A stretch of 64,000 nucleotides of DNA, taken from NCBI GenBank assembly GCA_951406725.2, contig OX597821.1, forward strand, positions 66,588,001 through 66,652,000, in the 5' to 3' direction. The notes beneath the pieces are model-generated. The model had not been told where the DNA came from. It was given only the letters and a program-made list of their open reading frames with translations, and ran no database searches. Numbering within the stretch: position 1 is the stretch's first letter; each line of letters begins with the position of its first letter. Positions 12,426 to 25,706 of the stretch are shown piece by piece. The stretch is from Octopus vulgaris. Taxonomy: Eukaryota. The position numbers and the translations under genes are program-made.

Positions 12426-12959
12426 AGAATCGTTGCCATTTGAGTCACTGCATGTCGAAATCTTTAAAAGAACTTTGTAATGTAGCATATAGGTGTAATT
12501 TCTGATGCTGAAACAGAATTTGTTATTCATTTATTCCAGAAAAAATTTTGCGAAAATGTCACAGGTGTTCAAAGTTTGGTAATTTTCAGAATTTTCATCC
12601 AGTCAGAAAACAACGCGTTCACTGTCTCTTCCAACATCTGTCACAGTACCGAGAATATGGGGGAGAAGCACCGGTATGTCAAATCATTAGAAATAGCTGC
12701 AAAACATTAAAACATGCGCGAGGAAATTAAATATTTAAGAGCTACGAGCCAACCAACTGGAGTTGCTAGAAATAACAGTCAAAGCATTAAAATATACACG
12801 AGCAAAATAAACCGAAAATCACTGAAACATACGCCAGGAAATTAAATATTTAAGAGCTACGAGCAAACGAATTGTAGTTGCTAGAAATAACAGTCAAAAC
12901 ATTGCTTAAACAGACATTTATTTAAGTTTTCAATACGCTCAGGATATTACAAAATAGAC

Positions 12960-13490
12960 TATCTTTTTCATATTTCCTTCTCCACATAAATTCGCAAAGA
13001 TATGAGTCAACCATGGAACGGTGTTCCACATTGGTGTTTGTTTCTACACATTAAAGACGGCCATGTACTCCCAGTTTGTTGACTGCTTGTCGCTTTTTAT
13101 GTTTGAAATCATAGCCATCGATTTCTGGGATATGATTATAAGCTCGCCATAGCTCACTGAAGATAGTGGTTCCTTGAAGAACTGAGTATTGTATGCAGTC
13201 CTTTAGTGTTTCGCGGATCCGACTTGGTTCAGCGTAAAGGAAAACTTCCCTCGTCTTGCGACATACTCCTCCAAAGACCCACTGTTCAGGTAGCATTCTC
13301 CCTTGGTTGTATTTGCGTTTTGAGTATACTGTTTCGTCTAGCTCCACGATCTTCTCGGGACCACCTAACTGAACTGAGTTGCGGAGCAGGTCCTCCGCAC
13401 ACATCTCACGAACATAATTGTTGCAATGAACAGCTATGCTCGGATTAATACCCAGTTCTTCCGTACAAAAACGGATTGACGTCATTTTCT
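12960..13490 (-). mobile_element. Merlin (ISXO2/IS1016-like) DDE transposase remnant
   Basis: LGGPEKIVELDETVYSKRKYNQGR..EQWVFGG...GTTIFSELWRAY..KH..VN, then DSYLCEFMWRRK. Confidence 0.88.
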
Positions 13491-13544
13491 AAACCCAGGC
13501 GTATAAAAAAAAGTTATTACACTCAAAATTAGTTTCCCTGCCAT

Positions 13545-13850
13545 TTGATTAAAACGATAGAGATTACAAATAAAATGGTCATTTCCCCCTTTAAGAAAAA
13601 ATAAATCAAGATGAAAATGTCGACATATCAAAGTCATCGTCCGTCCATTCTTTTTCTTTTCTTTTTTTCTCCCCATAATCATTTATACAACTTTCGGGTT
13701 GCTGTGGACTTGAAAGATAAAAATTCTCCCGATATTTTTATGAGATATTTTTGAATCACGAGTACTTGATAATTGTTTTTTTTTTTTTTTCTTAAAGGGG
13801 AAAATTACTATTTTATTTAAAATAAAATATTAATCATTATCATTTTAATC
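13545..13850. repeat. Fold-back element with imperfect long inverted arms
   Basis: AAATAAAATGGTCATTTCCCCCTTTAAGAAAAAA (about 13568-13601) versus TTTTTTCTTAAAGGGGAAAATTACTATTTTATTT (about 13785-13818). Confidence 0.65.
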
Positions 13851-13929
13851 TCTTTATAGACGAAGATCAGTTGCAATGGAGAGAACTGAATCTCATAAGA
13901 ACGGAAAAACAAACAACAAATGGGTTGTA

Positions 13930-14250
13930 CCTTGGAATCCTTGCCTCAGTGAGGTCAATTAAGTACGTCATGAAATACGTGCTGAAAGGAAACGACCAAG
14001 CTACTGTTCAGATGGATAATAGTAACAGAATTAGTCAATATATAATGGGTAGGTATATTGGACCATCCGAAGCGGTTGCATTCATTTTATGATTTTCAAT
14101 TCATGAAAGCACATGCGACAGTTAGATTGCAAGTTTATCTACCAGATGAAGAGAGAGTATTGATCAGAAAAAATGAGGATATATATTGCTGTCAATGATC
14201 AATCTATGAGAACAACATTGACAAAATGTTGACGGAATGATGACTTAGCA
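13930..14250 (+). mobile_element. Helitron Rep/Hel pseudogene fragment
   Basis: SIKYVMKYVLKGNDQA...YIMGRYIGPSEA...FSIHE...VRLQVYLP, matching the YxxKY catalytic-tyrosine region of Helitron Rep. Confidence 0.85.
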
Positions 14251-14299
14251 AAAAAATATTATTTTATACACATATGACCTTCGATTGCATATACACAGT

Positions 14300-14940
14300 C
14301 TGTCCAGGTTTTAACAATTATTTACAGAACCTCAATGTAGCAGAGTTCACTCTGAGGCCTTGTGGAAAGAAGTAAGGAAGTATCACATGTCGTTCATTGC
14401 CGACAAACCCCAACACCATGACTGTTGCAGGAAATTTTGCATGCATAACACATGGAACTTTAGAAGAGTTTGCACATAACCCTCTGTCATTTCTTCTGTT
14501 AACTTTTTGATCATGGTTAAAGTTTTTCTCGTCTGAGAAAAACCAAATCACATCTTCTACTGGAATTTTCAGTTTGCCTAAGAGGCTTTTAAATCTGATG
14601 TAATGATTTTCGTTTGCTTTTTCTGACAAATTGATCTTTCCTCATCGTATGAGACTTCTATATGATGTCTTCGTAGACAACATTTCTAACTGTTCCTTCT
14701 GACTCATGGAGATCTTTCGCAATTGACCTCATGGAATTTCTGGAATTGTAATCAATGGTCTGTTGAACTTACTGGATAAATTCAGGTGTTCTGATGATTT
14801 CAGAGCGTTTAACATGCTTTTTATGCTTTGATATTGGTGACACGTTTCCAGCTTCAGTCTCTAGCTCAGACGAATAATCTGGCAACTTTTAAAAATCAAG
14901 ATATTTCCAAATCGCTGTGCTCAGCCTTTATAACCAAAAT
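14300..14940 (-). mobile_element. Tc1/mariner-superfamily transposase remnant (maT-like)
   Basis: WFFSDEKNFNHDQKVNRRNDR...KFPATVMVLG...PYFFPQGLRVNS. Confidence 0.8.
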
Positions 14941-15391
14941 AACAAAAGGAGAAAATAAACTAACCCCACTTACAAAAAGAAATAAAACAAATTCTGGATA
15001 AATCTAGATCTTGGATTTCTGGCTCTGCATAAGAAATGCTCTGCCTTCATCAGTGGAATATATTCAGATATCACAGAAATACAAATATATATGTATGTAT
15101 ACAACACATGATATACTTACATATACGAACGTATACATACATATATATGCACGTGTGCACACGACCAGTATATTTTGTCCCTTCTCTCCTGGTGCTGTAT
15201 GAACATTTAATGTGATTTTAGAGTCAAGTTTTGGCTACTATTTCCAGCGTAGTGGTATCTCTAAGATACCCTAAATTATAATTTTATTAATAATTATTAT
15301 CTTTGAAGGTTCTTATTCCCATGCTGGCCACCTGATAAGATAGGTATTTAAATAGCGATCTTATCCTTATATATATAAATTTATGCGTGTG

Positions 15392-15424
<33 letters not shown>

Positions 15425-15862
15425 ACAGAGTGAGAGAGAGAGAGAGAGAAAAAGAGAGAGAGAGAGAAAGAAAGAGAGAGAGAGAGAGACGGAGGCAGGG
15501 TATGATTCGAAAGAGATGTAACTGCTATTTTTAACAAATCACTCGAGCATATCCAATCCCGCTAATGAAATGTACGCTGACAACATCGTACATGTTGACA
15601 CCAATTGTGCTAGATAGTGAAAAGAAAACGGGAGCTCCATTTTCAATCCAACTCGGCGAAAGAAAATTAAAGCAACGATAATTGAGAAAAGAACTCCGGT
15701 TAAAGAGAGAGCGCTTATGAGCTGGTTTTATGTACTAGAATGAAAAGTGAAATCATCTTTAAATTAGAATAATTACATAGATTGTAGGATTCTGAAAAAG
15801 AAAACCAAATAAATAAGATTGTTTAGTCTTAAATTTTCCTTGATCACAATTCTCTATGAGAT

Positions 15863-16217
15863 TACCAAATCCACTCACAAGGCTTTGGTCAGCTCGAAGC
15901 TATAGTAAAAGGCACTTGCCCAATTTTGCTAGCTGAATGAACTGGAAGAACGTGAATCGAAATGTTTTGCTCAAGAACAATGCGCCGCCCAGTTCAAGGA
16001 ATCGAACCAAAAATCTTACGATCATGAAGCCTATACCCTGTCCACTAAGCCACGCCCCTCCACACTTGTCCCTTTGTGTCCTGGGGACCAAGAAAAAAAA
16101 ATTTAATGTAATCACATGAAACGATAAATTGTCTGTGTAGTTATGGCTTCAGCTAGAATATCAATTGGTAGTCGTACAGCTTGTCTGCCCTCTGAACACA
16201 AATCCAGCTCAGATCAA
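15863..16217. repeat. Near-identical local duplicate of 17894-18246
   Basis: About 355 bp with only a few differences, including a SINE A/SINE C junction and unique flank. Confidence 0.92.
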
Positions 16218-16291
16218 CAGCAATTATTTGTTAGAAAAATATATATTAATTAGGAACTCTTACAATGTATATATGTATATAAATATATATA

Positions 16292-16335
<44 letters not shown>

Positions 16336-16809
16336 TAGATAGATAGGTGTACATAATATATATATTCACACACTCATACATGTATGTGTGCGTGTAAAGA
16401 GAGACAGAGACAGACAGACAGAAACCGAGTATGTGATAATTATGACAAACTTTATCAGTAAATTTATATAGTCTAAGGAATATTATCCCTCGGACCATTA
16501 TCTTTCATTGCGAAAATGCTGATAAAAGAAACCTTACAGTCAATAAAGGTACCAGACAAAGAAGGTGCTTCTACGCGGTCATTCTAACTGCTAGAAATAG
16601 AAGTCAAATCTTCAAATAGCAACTTGCCGTCTTTAGCAGGCTCAACATTGCATTGAGTAATAGTAGGTATACACTACCTCCTAAAACTATAGAATGATTA
16701 CATCTTGTAAGCCTTTCGTGATATATATCTACCCAACTACCCAATGAGGACTGCTCCGGTGTTAAGCATGGAAAAATAGTAAAAAATATATATTAATCAC
16801 ATATAGGTG

Positions 16810-17147
16810 AAGGCGCGGCCGTGTGCGGGCGAAATGTTTAGCGGTATTTCGTCTGTCTTTACGTCCTGAGTTCAAATTCCGCCGCGGTCGACTTTGCCTT
16901 TTATCGTTTCGGGGTCGATAAATTAAGTGCCAGTTACACAATGGGGTCGATATAATCGACTTAATCCCTTTGTCTGTCCTTGTTTGTCTCCTCTATGTTT
17001 AGCCGCTTGTGGGCAATAAAGAAATAAGAAACTTGTTTTCCAACCACACGGTTCCGGATTCACTCCCACTGCCTGGCGCCTTTGGCAAGTGTCTTCTACT
17101 ATAACCCCTGGCCGACCAAAGCCCTGTGAGTGGATTTTGTAGACGAA

Positions 17148-17178
<31 letters not shown>

Positions 17179-17432
17179 TGTACGTATGTGTGTGTGTGTG
17201 TGGAGTGTATGCCTTTATGTCTGTGTTTGTCCCTTATCACCGCTTGTCAACCGGTGTTGGTATGTTACCCCCCCGTAACATAGTGGTTCGGCCTAAGGGA
17301 CTAGAAGAATAGGTGCTTGTCTTGAAACGTTAAGTCTTGGGGTTGATTTGTTCGACTAAAACCCTTCAAGGCGGTGCCCCAGAATAGCCGCAGTCTAATG
17401 GTGGAAACAATTAAAAGATAAAATATAAAGAT
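16810..17432 (+). mobile_element. SINE family B followed directly by SINE family A
   Basis: Family B 16810-17030 then 5'-truncated family A 17030-17432. Confidence 0.82.
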
Positions 17433-17607
17433 AATCACAGAAATACTTCAACAAATGATTGATCTAATAATTTTTGCTTCGATTCATGGATTTAGTCATT
17501 AAATATAAATGTGATTTTTTTATAAACAGATTTTAATGTAATTGCCTAACGCGGTTAACTAGCAGAATCGTTTGCACATCAGGAAAAAATGCTTAGCGGT
17601 ATTTAGA

Positions 17608-17745
17608 GCCCAGGACGCATTCTTTGTAAGCCTAGTACTTATTTTATCGCTCTCTTTAGCCGAACCGCTAAGTTACGGGGACGTAAATACACCAGCATCG
17701 GTTGTCAAGCAATGCTGGGGGACAAAAACAGACACACAAACATAC

Positions 17746-17809
<64 letters not shown>

Positions 17810-18092
17810 TAATATATATACATATACGAACACACACATATATATATATATATATATACATCTATATGCGACGGGCTTCTTTCAGTTTCCGTCTACCAAA
17901 TCCACTCACAAGGCTTTGGTCAGCTCGAAGCTATAGTAAAAGGCACTTGCCCAATTTTGCTAGCTGAATGAACTGGAAGAACGTGAATCGAAATGTTTTG
18001 CTCAAGAACAATGCGCCGCCCAGTTCAAGGAATCGAACCAAAAATCTTACGATCATGAAGCCTATACTCTGTCCACTAAGCCACGCCCCTCC
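17608..18092 (-). mobile_element. Chimeric SINE A body plus SINE C tRNA head
   Basis: Family A 17608-17952, then minus-strand head GGCGTGGCTTAGTGG...GGTTCGATTCC. Confidence 0.75.
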
Positions 18093-18469
18093 ACACTTGT
18101 CCCTTTGTGTCCTGGGGACCAAGAAAAAAATGTAATGTAATCACATGAAACGATAAATTGTCTGTGTAGTTATGGCTTCAGCTAGAATATCAATTGGTAG
18201 TCGTACAGCTTGTCTGCCCTCTGAACACAAATCCAGCTCAGATCAAATTTGACTTTCATCTTTTCAGGATCAATAAATAAAATACCAGAGCAGTACTGCG
18301 AGTTATTCTTCTGTCTCACATTAAAGAAGAATAAAAAAACATCAACTGTTCTCAGATCTGGAAAGAAATGCACTTCGTCAGGTTTGAGTTGTCCAACATA
18401 GGTCATATATCAGGACAGTAGGTTTTCAGACGCTTCGCCCAGCCAATCAGGCGTCGATGATTCGAACCA

Positions 18470-18662
18470 TATGGTTAGCAGTATTTCGTCCGTTTTACGT
18501 TCTCAGTTCAAATTCCGCCCAGCTCGACTTTGCTTTTAATTCTTTCGGGGTTGATAAATTAAGTAGCAGTTACACACTGGGGCCGATGTAATCGACTTAA
18601 TCTCTTTGTCCGTCCTTGTTTGTCCCCTCTATATTTAGTCCCTTGTGGGCAATAAAGAAATA
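18470..18662 (+). mobile_element. SINE family B
   Basis: Matches 16810 copy. Confidence 0.82.
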
Positions 18663-18669
18663 TGATGCT

Positions 18670-18777
18670 TGCCCAAGCTGCCACGCACCTTCGGCAAGTA
18701 TCTTCTACTCTAGCCTCGGGCCGACCTAAGCCTTGTGAGTGGATTTAATAGACAGAAACTGAAAGAAGCCCGTCGTA

Positions 18778-18839
<62 letters not shown>

Positions 18840-19700
18840 TGTAATAAATAAAATATATGCATACATACATACATATATGTACGTACCTACATCTACATGT
18901 ATATATACATGCATATATAAATATATATACGTGAGCACAGGCCACCACAAATAGACGTAGAACTCAACGAGAAACGAAGACGTAAAAACAAACGTGGAAA
19001 CGGACCTAAACGAAAAAAACAGAGTACAAGACAAACTACACAAGGAAAAATCCCCTTCATCAGCTGTCCCTAGTTCAACTCCAGCGTGTTTCGAAGGTGA
19101 GGACAGAACACGACTCGTGGAACTAGTACTTCCTGCGAAGGAATTAAATAAAATTACTTCGCAGAGGGGTAAAAACAAGGAAAGTTAAACATCTGACAAA
19201 AAAACGATACAAATAAAATTACAAAATAAAATACAAAATAAAAATACAAAAAATAAAAATACAGAATAAAATTACAAGTACGAAAAATACAGTACAAGAA
19301 ATAAAACAAACAAAAAAACAGACAATGAGGGCCTTAATGCTGGCCTACACGAGGAAGATTTCTAAGAGCGCTAGAAGAACAGTGTTCACTGTTAGAATGC
19401 CAGCGGCGAAAGGAAGCAACTCGCCCGGCTGTGAAAGAGATGAGGAGGAGTGAGAGAGAGAGAGATAGAGGAATATATATATATATATATGTTTGTATGT
19501 CTGTGTTTGTCCCCCCTACATCTCTTGACAACCGATGCTGGTGTGTTTACGTCCCCGTAAGCCAGCGGTTCAGCAAAAGAGACCGACAGAATAAGTACTA
19601 GATTTACAAAGAATAAATCCTGGGGTTTGATTAGTTTCGACTAAAGGTGGTGCTCACGCATTTGCCGCAGTCACATGACTGAAACAAATTAAAGAATAGA
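18670..19700 (+). mobile_element. SINE family A interrupted in its central microsatellite by a ~600-bp cassette
   Basis: Body 18670-18780, (TA)n, insert 18838-19440, (GA)(TA)n, tail 19490-19700. Confidence 0.85.
19052..19115 (-). ncRNA. Hammerhead ribozyme motif with non-circularly permuted strand order
   Basis: AG(U)CGUG-UU-CUGUCCU-CAC-CUUC-GAAA-CACGCU-12 nt-GGGACAG-CUGAUGA-A-GGGG: all three stems pair next to intact core motifs. Confidence 0.62.
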
Positions 19701-19867
19701 CGTTTTACCGCTTCACTTTCTCCTCTCTCGCGCAAACACTGTAATTGTGTATGAGAACGTTTCTATTCGTGTGTGTGTGAGTAAAGGTAACAGTAATCGT
19801 GTTCAATTAATAAATTGTGATGTCCTTTCCTATCTCTGCTTCTCTTTCTGTCTATTTCCGATGACAG

Positions 19868-19961
19868 CAAACTTTCTGCTCCAACAGGAGTTGGTGATCC
19901 AAGGCCTGCGGAATCATTAGGAAAATTGCTTTGTCGTGTATGAATCATATATTGAGAGATG
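19868..19961 (+). other. Candidate exon (5'UTR or non-coding)
   Basis: Long polypyrimidine tract then GACAG acceptor; GATG|GTAAGC donor; stops in all three frames, with late ATG at 19940 (MNHILRD). Confidence 0.35.
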
Positions 19962-20099
19962 GTAAGCGGTTTAAAATATTATTTGTTTAGTTACTTTAGC
20001 ATTTACGGATTTGAAATGAAATGTGGCATTTGTTCCCATCAAAATTGTCTGTTTGGCAGATGGTGACAAAATGTTACATTGTTATTTTTCTCTATGATG

Positions 20100-20144
<45 letters not shown>

Positions 20145-20153
20145 AAATGTGTA

Positions 20154-20184
<31 letters not shown>

Positions 20185-20191
20185 GTATGTA

Positions 20192-20236
<45 letters not shown>

Positions 20237-20401
20237 GTATACATGTATATGTGCATATATGTATATATGTATGTATATATGTATATATGTACATATATAC
20301 ATATATATGTGTGTGAGTGCGTATATGTATCTATGTATGTATGTATATATATATATATATATATATATAAGTATATAAGTATATGTATACGTGAATACAT
20401 G

Positions 20402-20453
<52 letters not shown>

Positions 20454-21124
20454 CGCGTGTGTCTGTATCTCTGTGTATGCCGCCTAAAGTCTCTCGCTTT
20501 TTTTCTCTCTGTATGAAGTCCCCTCACAGCAACAATAACACGATTTAGGCGGGGTGTTCTCTAATAATTAAGAATGTAATTTGAAAACAAAGTGAAAATA
20601 AAGAAGAGAAAATAGTTTTCAAAAGTACGAAGGCATAATTAAGTTACCATCGTATTACAATTGTTATCTCATGTTCAGTTGCGTATAATTGCTTAATTAT
20701 TATATGTATAATTAAGTTCGTACGTGAAGGCTTATCTCTTCTTCTATTCTCTTATCTAACCACAACGACTTTGATAAAAAAATATTCAATTAATAGTAAT
20801 TTTTAAAATGATTACATACATACATATGTATACATAGAGAACATTTACTAAAAATTTAATTACTTTGTTCGATGTAGCCTATCCCGTCTCTAGTAGAGTA
20901 ACAAAGAGGGTGAGAAAGAGTAACAAACTACAAATATAGCGCACATACAGAAAATATAAGTAAAAAACAAAAAAAAACTGAATTTGTCTTTAACTTCAGT
21001 TTTCGCCTAACGGCTGAATCTATCATTTTGCTTTCGGTTTGTTAGGAAGGAAACCTGACTCAAAATTAGAACAATTTTCGTGATGTATTTGATTCAACCT
21101 TACTATTATGTCAGTGAAGACGTT

Positions 21125-21277
21125 GCTGCGCCGTTAATGAGTTTGATTTCCAACCACGTAGTTCCGGGTTCAGTCCCACTGCGTGATATTAAGTGCATGT
21201 GTATTCTGCAATACTCGCATGCTGACAAAGATTTGTGAGTGGATTCGGAAAACGAAAATTGAAAGAAGCCCACCGTG

Positions 21278-21309
<32 letters not shown>

Positions 21310-21720
21310 TGTATGTATGTATGTATGTATGTATGTATGTATGTATGTATGTATGTATGTACGTATGTATGTATGTGTGTATGTATATATGCATATGTGT
21401 ATGTATAGGTAAACATGTATGTATGTATATATGTGTGTATTATATATGCATGAGGTATGTGCATGTATATATGTATGTATCTCTATGTATGCATGTGTGT
21501 ATGCGCGTGTGTTTGTATGTATAGATAGATAGTTTTATATATATAACTATGAGAGTTCGTATTTGTGCTCCATCACCGGTGGAGGTTTGTTTACGTCGCG
21601 TACCTTAGCGGTTGAAGACAGAATAAGTACGAGGCCGAACTCTTTGCTCGACTTAACTCTTCAATGTGGTGCCCCAGTATGGTCGCAGTCTAATGACTTA
21701 AACAAATAAATATAAAAGAC
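21125..21720 (+). mobile_element. Diverged SINE family A with (TATG)n centre
   Basis: Recognisable head, body and tail. Confidence 0.75.
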
Positions 21721-21814
21721 ACATATTTACAAAACTCCTGGAACTGCTCTAACTCAAAGTAGCCTTGTTACTTTGTTACCTGCTGAACTCGATTCAGAAG
21801 AACTTAAATAACCC

Positions 21815-22027
21815 TTTCTACTCTTGATACAAGGCCTGAAATTTGTGGGGAAGGGACTAGTCGATTAAATAGACCACAGTGTTTCACTGGTACTTAATTT
21901 ATCGATCCTGAAAGGATAAAAGGCATAATCGACCTCGGTGGAATTTGCACTGAGAACGCAAAGACAGGCGAAATGCCATTAAGCATTTTGACCAGTGTCC
22001 TAACGTTTCTGCCAGCTGGCTGCCTTG
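21815..22027 (-). mobile_element. SINE family B
   Basis: Reverse complement of family B sequence. Confidence 0.8.
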
Positions 22028-22164
22028 AAGAACTTAATATTTTCTACTCTAGGCGCAAGGCTCAAAGATTTTTTTTGGGGTGGGGGCACGATTAGATCGA
22101 CCCCAGATTAGATCAAACCTCACTTAACAGACTTTGTTCTGCGGATCAACCGTAATTCAATTAG

Positions 22165-22368
22165 CATTAACAGGAACAAAAGTTCTATATTTAAGAGATG
22201 AGGAATTATGTACTTTATTTACATTATTTACATTCAACGGATATTTGTCCTCATCTTGTTTGTTGTTAACACAACGTTTCGGCTGATATTCGCGCCAGCC
22301 TTCATAAGGTGTCTTGGGGAAATTTCGAACCTGGGTTCTCATTCCTAAGGTATTTTTCGATGTTGTTG

Positions 22369-22456
<88 letters not shown>

Positions 22457-22620
22457 CACTGCTTGGAATCGAACTCGAGATCTTGGGGTTAGTAGCTCGC
22501 GCTCTTAACCTCTACACCATATGCCCGTGGGCATATGGGTATATCAGCCGAAACGTTGTGTTAACAAGAAACGAGATGAGGACAAATATCCGCCGAACGT
22601 AAATAATGTAAATAATGTTA
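22165..22620 (-). mobile_element. tRNA-headed, (TAA)n-bearing, hammerhead-tailed element with inverted partial copy
   Basis: tRNA-like head 22526-22454 (A box TGGTGTAGAGG, B box GAGTTCGATTC, GGGCAU/GUGCCC stem); HHR motif 22313-22268; tail repeated in inverted orientation at 22541-22620. Confidence 0.7.
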
Positions 22621-22922
22621 ATAATGTAGGAATAAAAGTGTTAGTCGACATATTATCATATTACTATCTTCTTTTTCATCATGCACTTGCATACAGTTAG
22701 ACATTTGTTGATGAAGGTATGTGTCTGATATCTATGCGGACTGTGAATTATTTATATCTTGTGATATCGATGTTCTGAATTGTCCTTCGTTCTCATTGGG
22801 CTCATCTTACGAAGAGGCTTTAGTTTCTTAGTCTATGGTGTGATAGTTGAATATATTGTATCATTCATTACGGGATTGAGCAGCATTGAGGTCCCGGTTA
22901 TGGCTTACGGTAAATCTCACTT

Positions 22923-23722
<800 letters not shown>

Positions 23723-24500
23723 CCGGTGGTGGAGGACAGGCACCGCAGATGTGGCCAGAAAGTAGCGGCTTGGCCACATTTTTCCGACTAAAAGGGTATT
23801 TTACCCGATTAACTAAAAGGGTATTTTACCCGATTAACTAAGCTGTTTTCACTTGCTCTTCTGCGTTTGAGATTTCCTTAATTTCTACAACACACCTGCA
23901 CGCGCCCGCGTGCACACTCACACGCACACACATGCTTGTTGTTATATGCTTACATACGTGATATCTGTGGGTATATACACAGTGATATAAGAATGCTTAA
24001 ATAATTGCGTAAGTACTTGTATGCGAGAGCGTCTGTGTGTATAACAGAATGAAAGAGGCGTAAATAATACATACATACACACACATGCACGCATACATAC
24101 AAACATACAGGAATATATATAGATATATATGTACACAAATACGCATGCTTGTATTTATGTTTATAAGTGTATATAGATATAGAAACTGATAAAGTGTTAT
24201 ATAGATACAAAGGAAGATATATATCGATGTATAAATAGAGATAATTAAAGAAAACTTTTAAATATCCCCAGGAGAAAAATTTTGTGTTAAAAGCACTTAG
24301 GATAATAAAAATAAAATAAAATTTGAAAAAAAAACACGATCATGTTTGTAAGGTATATTTAAATGAAATATTATTGCTTAATTATCAACACAAACATACA
24401 CAAAACAACACAAACACGGCCCCACGAACACACAGACAATAAAGTATAAACATATACATACTTGCAAACAGAACGAACCATACACATATATACATATGAG

Positions 24501-24575
<75 letters not shown>

Positions 24576-24855
24576 GTGTATGTATGTATGTATGTATGTA
24601 TGTATGTATGTGTGTATGTGTGTATTCCACATACATCAGTAATTTGTGCCCATCTGTTTCCCCCTCATTCTAAATATGTTTTATATTAGGAATACATGCA
24701 TAAATGTTCATACATACACATACACATACACACACACATACACACACATCAACGCTATATATACGCACACAATTTTTTGAGATTGTAGATGTTTTTTGTC
24801 AATATGTCTCTTCTAATCTCCCTCTCACCCATCGTGTTTATATATACATATATGC

Positions 24856-24888
<33 letters not shown>

Positions 24889-25173
24889 TACATACATATA
24901 CATGTGTGTAGATATATATATATATATATATACATATGTGTGTATATATATACATGCATATACATATATGTGTATATATATACATATATATACATACACA
25001 AATGTATATACTATTTATGTATTTATTTATATATCTACATATATATGCATATATACGCGTATATATGTCTACGTATTTATGTATATATGTATATGCATGT
25101 ATATATATATACGAATACATATATATAAATATTTATGTAGATGCATGCATACATATATATGTGTGTGTGTTTG

Positions 25174-25224
<51 letters not shown>

Positions 25225-25597
25225 CATGTATATGTATGTATGTATTTATATACACACATAGATACATAGATATATGTAAACATAAGTAAATACAAACATA
25301 CATATCTTTTAAATAAATACGTATCGACATTGAATTACTCCAGTACAGATATACTTAAGTATAAAATTTCTCAACACGCAAAAACTGCACGCACTCCACA
25401 AAGACGAACCAACTTTTACATATGAACACTTATATCTTTATACCATCCACCTATATAAACACTCCACCCAATCTCTACCTGTCTCCCTTCCCTCCACTCT
25501 TGCTCTCCCCTCTGTATATCTAATATACTTATATATGTGTGTGTGTGTGTGTATATGTATATATATTTACATGTCTATCTCTCTCTCTCTCTATCTC

Positions 25598-25706
<109 letters not shown>

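Noticed and set aside
12700-12905. Two ~120-bp direct repeats; also small duplications at 23788-23841 and 57909-58037
   Set aside because: Ordinary short tandem duplications; no repeat-spacer periodicity, so not CRISPR-like
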